Source: Candidatus Shapirobacteria bacterium (GTDB taxonomy: Bacteria > Patescibacteriota > Microgenomatia > UBA12405). From it: DNA of 64,000 bases. Every line of letters starts with the position of its first letter. Positions within the stretch are counted from its first letter, which is position 1. Positions 60,986-64,000 of the stretch are shown one piece after another. Below the pieces are notes generated by a model, which saw nothing but the letters and a program-made list of their open reading frames with translations, was not told the origin of the DNA and ran no database searches. The stretch covers positions 513-64,512 of the forward strand of contig JBAZYN010000002.1 of assembly GCA_041659325.1 (NCBI GenBank), written 5' to 3'. Both the position numbers and the translations under genes were made by a program.

Positions 60986-61446
60986 TGGTGCATATGGAAA
61001 ATCATAAAATAAATGTTCGATTGAGAATCGTTGTTATCAAAGACGGCAAGCTTTTGGTTCAGTACCGACAAAAACATGATTATTATCATTATATTGGTGG
61101 GCATTTAGAATACGGAGAAACGGTGCTGGAGGGCTGTATTAGAGAAGTGGCCGAAGAGTGCGACGGGGCCACATTTGCGTTTAATAAAATTCTTTATATC
61201 CGTGACTTTATTCTCCCCGAAGAAAACGAGCATAGTGTGGAATTGTTTATATTAGGAAATATTGATAAGTCAGAAAAATTGGAACATCTTTTTGACCCTC
61301 AACATACCGATAATTCTGTTTGGTGTACGTGGTTGGATATGGATAAGCTTCCGAATAATTTAAAGCCAAAGGATTTAACTAAAAAATTAGTGACTGATTA
61401 TAAAAATAATTTTCTAAATACCGGCGAGTACGTGGGGAGGATGTAA
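60985..61446 (+). CDS. NUDIX hydrolase
   Basis: GGHLEYGE....CIREVAEE. Confidence 0.85.
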   Translation: MVHMENHKINVRLRIVVIKDGKLLVQYRQKHDYYHYIGGHLEYGETVLEGCIREVAEECDGATFAFNKILYIRDFILPEENEHSVELFILGNIDKSEKLEHLFDPQHTDNSVWCTWLDMDKLPNNLKPKDLTKKLVTDYKNNFLNTGEYVGRM

Positions 61447-61449
61447 AAA

Positions 61450-61944
61450 ATGAAAATTTCATCAGTCGTTGAATGGAGTAGCCAGAAGGTAACTTATACT
61501 TGGATTCCGGCGGATGATTTGAAAAAATTTCAACCAATAAAACAAGCTTATGGCGTTTGTGTAAATGACGACAAAGAAACCCTGATATACCGTGCACCAG
61601 GGAAAACAAACTGGAATTTACCCGGGGGTACACCGGAAGGAAACGAGTCCCCGATTGAAACATTAAAACGGGAGTTAATAGAAGAAGTCGATATTGAAGT
61701 TGAGCGAATTAAACCCCTGGGGGTTCAAAAAGTAGTTTTTTCCGACGGTGTTATTTTTTACCAGGCCCGATTTTATTGCAAAATAAAAAAAATATTATCT
61801 CAAACGGTTGACCCGGCAACAGGGCTTTTGAACGAACGTAAATTTGTGAAAATTGCAGAGCTTAATAAGTATTTAAAATGGGGTGAAATCGGTGAAGCGA
61901 TTGCTAAACGGGTGGTAAATATGGAAACAATCCTTAATTATTAA
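61450..61944 (+). CDS. NUDIX hydrolase
   Basis: PGGTPEGNE..ETLKRELIEE. Confidence 0.85.
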   Translation: MKISSVVEWSSQKVTYTWIPADDLKKFQPIKQAYGVCVNDDKETLIYRAPGKTNWNLPGGTPEGNESPIETLKRELIEEVDIEVERIKPLGVQKVVFSDGVIFYQARFYCKIKKILSQTVDPATGLLNERKFVKIAELNKYLKWGEIGEAIAKRVVNMETILNY

Positions 61945-62177
61945 TGGCTACAAAACAAAATTAGAACATTCCGGTCCCAAAAATCACACAGGGTGCCAAT
62001 CCATCAACTCTAACTCCAACATAATTCCAGTGTACCTAAACTTACCAGACAAAGATTTTTGTAAAAATCCGATGAGTAGAAGAAGAATCGTTAGATTAAA
62101 GTTTGGATTTTGTAGTTTATTGTGGACTAAGAGTGGTTTCAAAATATATTATGGATTGAGTTATAATTGACCTATAA

Positions 62178-62206
62178 AAAACTCACGATCTTACGATCGG
62201 GGTTTT
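62178..62206. terminator. possible terminator hairpin
   Basis: AAAACTCACGATC-TTAC-GATCGGGGTTTT imperfect stem. Confidence 0.4.
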
Positions 62207-62342
62207 GTGTTCCGCTTTTGTCGAGCAATGCTTAGTTATTAATAGCTTCATCTCCGACCTCACGGTCGGAGATTTCGCTGTCTTGGAATAAATATGACTG
62301 AAATTGAAATTCGAGGGAAATTATCAGAAAGTGAATTCTAAT

Positions 62343-62870
62343 ATGCAAATAATTTACCTGGCCGGGAATAGCCTTAATAATAAAACTTGGATTGAAAAGG
62401 TAAAATTCAACTTTGATTCGTTTTCCGAGGGTGATATTTTGTATTACGATCATTGGGAATCCGGAAAAGAATGGATAAACCTAAATAAAGAATCAGAAAA
62501 ATTAGCCAAACTCGCAAAAGATATAAAAGATTGTTTTGTTTTTGCCAAATCAATCGGATCGGTATTGGCTTTAAAAAATATTATGGAGGGAACCCTACAC
62601 ACAAAGAAAATGGTGATTTGCGGATTTCCCTATCGGGCTGGTAAAAGAGAGCTTGAAGAAATAAATGAGTGCTTAAGGACGCTTGCTGTCCCGACAATGT
62701 TTATTCAAAATGAATTCGACCCGGTTTATAGTTTTGATGAATTGACAAAAACACTGGAAGAAAATAGTCCACTTGATTGCCACCTAGTGAAAATTCCACG
62801 CAATAATACACATGACTATGAGGACTTTGAGAATTTAACAAAAACCACCAGAGAGTTTTTTGAAAAATAA
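62343..62870 (+). CDS. alpha/beta hydrolase family protein
   Basis: AKSIGS elbow, DP and THDY putative triad residues. Confidence 0.75.
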   Translation: MQIIYLAGNSLNNKTWIEKVKFNFDSFSEGDILYYDHWESGKEWINLNKESEKLAKLAKDIKDCFVFAKSIGSVLALKNIMEGTLHTKKMVICGFPYRAGKRELEEINECLRTLAVPTMFIQNEFDPVYSFDELTKTLEENSPLDCHLVKIPRNNTHDYEDFENLTKTTREFFEK

Positions 62871-62874
62871 TAAT

Positions 62875-63105
62875 ATGATTCTATCTCCTAAAATTCGAAA
62901 AGCTTTAAGATTGGCTGCTGTTCAACATGATGGCCAATACCGCAAAGATGGTGTTACTCCGTTTATCATTCATCCAATTGAAGTGGCCATGATTGTCTCA
63001 GAATATACCGATAATGAGGATATTATTAGTGCTGCTTTGCTTCATGATGTTTTGGAGGATACCCGGGGGTGTTCCATGGGGTATGAAAACTTTCCTTCCC
63101 TATAA
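62875..63105 (+). pseudogene. truncated HD-domain (RelA/SpoT hydrolase-like) gene
   Basis: H..Q.RK...PFI.HP..V...AALLHDVLEDT, then a premature stop. Confidence 0.7.
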
Positions 63106-63109
63106 CAAT

Positions 63110-63519
63110 TCAACCTTTTTCAAAAATATTAAGTACCTCAATAATCCACCCACTATTTCGTAGTTCACTTTTCATATTTTTTATTTCTTCAAAAGAAAAC
63201 CACTTAGCGTCAAGAATTTCATCTTTTGGATAACTTAAATCTCCACTTATTATTTTTGCTTCAAAAGCGTGTATTACAGGCTCATTAGCTGAGTTATGGA
63301 TAACACAAATTTTCTTAATTAATTCAACGTTATAACCAACTTCTTCCTTTGCTTCTCTAATAGCGGCTTGTTCGATAGATTCCCCTACGTCGACATGTCC
63401 AGCAGGGAAATTCCAAAGACCATATACTTATAGCTTTTTTCTTGAATTAAAAGATATTTATTATTTTGGTTAATAACGACACCCGCGACGACTAAAACTC
63501 TTTGGTCTTCTTTTTTCAT
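63110..63519 (-). pseudogene. frameshifted NUDIX hydrolase (absent from the ORF track)
   Basis: MKKEDQRVLVVAGVV...IQEK, then in a shifted frame VYGLWNFPAGHVDVGESIEQAAIREAKEEVG...; 410 nt, one base short of a codon multiple. Confidence 0.8.
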
Positions 63520-63627
63520 AATTTATTCTAACCAATGGTATCTTTTGTTACAATACTGCGAATATTGTGCCCCGAAGCGAGAGAAGGCGAAACGTAATAA
63601 ATTTCTTTCAGAAATTTAAATGTTTCA

Positions 63628-63661
63628 GCAGCGTTTGCCGACTTTGTCGGCATTACGCTGC
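63628..63661. other. hairpin abutting the tRNA-Ser 3' end
   Basis: GCAGCGT-T-TGCCGAC-TTT-GTCGGCA-TT-ACGCTGC. Confidence 0.6.
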
Positions 63662-63743
63662 GGAAGGAGAGGGAGTCGAACCCTCATGCCATTTCTGACG
63701 CGGGTTTAGCAAACCCGTGGCTTACCATTCGCCGCATCCTTCC
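63661..63743 (-). tRNA. tRNA-Ser(GCT)
   Basis: GGAAGGA/TCCTTCC acceptor stem, CGGGT-TTGCTAA-ACCCG, long variable arm, GAGGG-TTCGACT-CCCTC, G73. Confidence 0.93.
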
Positions 63744-63807
63744 TGGATACCCACAGTGCGTTCTAGTATATCAAATTTTGGAAAAATGCTTTAGAATAAG
63801 TGTAGCT

Positions 63808-64000
63808 ATGAAAGGAAAAAAGGACGACTATATTTTTACCGATCCGAGCGAAGAGAAAACTGTTTTTGAATGGGTGGCGGCCGAAAGAGCTTTTAAAAAT
63901 AGGGATAAGGATTTTTGGGTAACGGCAATTTCTATTTTGGTAATCGTGGGAATTATTCTTTTTTTAATCGGCGAAAGCATGCTGATTATTGCCTTGTGTT
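63808..64000 (+). CDS. membrane protein, partial
   Basis: MKGKKDD...FEWVAAERAFKNRDKDFW plus TM helix, open to the window end. Confidence 0.65.
   Translation, partial: MKGKKDDYIFTDPSEEKTVFEWVAAERAFKNRDKDFWVTAISILVIVGIILFLIGESMLIIALC

Overview
Bacterial genomic DNA in the standard code, most consistent with a small-genome CPR/Patescibacteria (Microgenomates-like) organism. That placement is inferred from gene content, divergent enzymes, tRNAs without encoded CCA and many apparently leaderless genes. The backbone carries housekeeping genes: cdd, recF, xth, rpiB-pgk-gap-rpe, envelope glycosyltransferases, two class A PBPs, tkt/fba/pfkB, a mevalonate-decarboxylase/IPK/plsY/FakAB lipid operon, groES/EL, eno, gpmI and ileS. 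Three tRNA genes (Tyr, Cys, Ser) each border an accessory region. The best finding is a ~7.5 kb defence island (2633-10135) integrated at the 3' end of an archaeal-type (C1:G72) tRNA-Tyr. Its crossover site lies inside the island's own large serine recombinase gene. When integrated, the enzyme ends in a tail read from the antisense tRNA. Joining the two island ends in silico gives it a different in-frame 36-aa C-terminus and restores the tRNA's CCA. A second notable region is a co-oriented array of small accessory genes next to tRNA-Cys (35074-44368), separated by related promoter-containing spacers. All calls are by eye and from motif knowledge; no searches were run.
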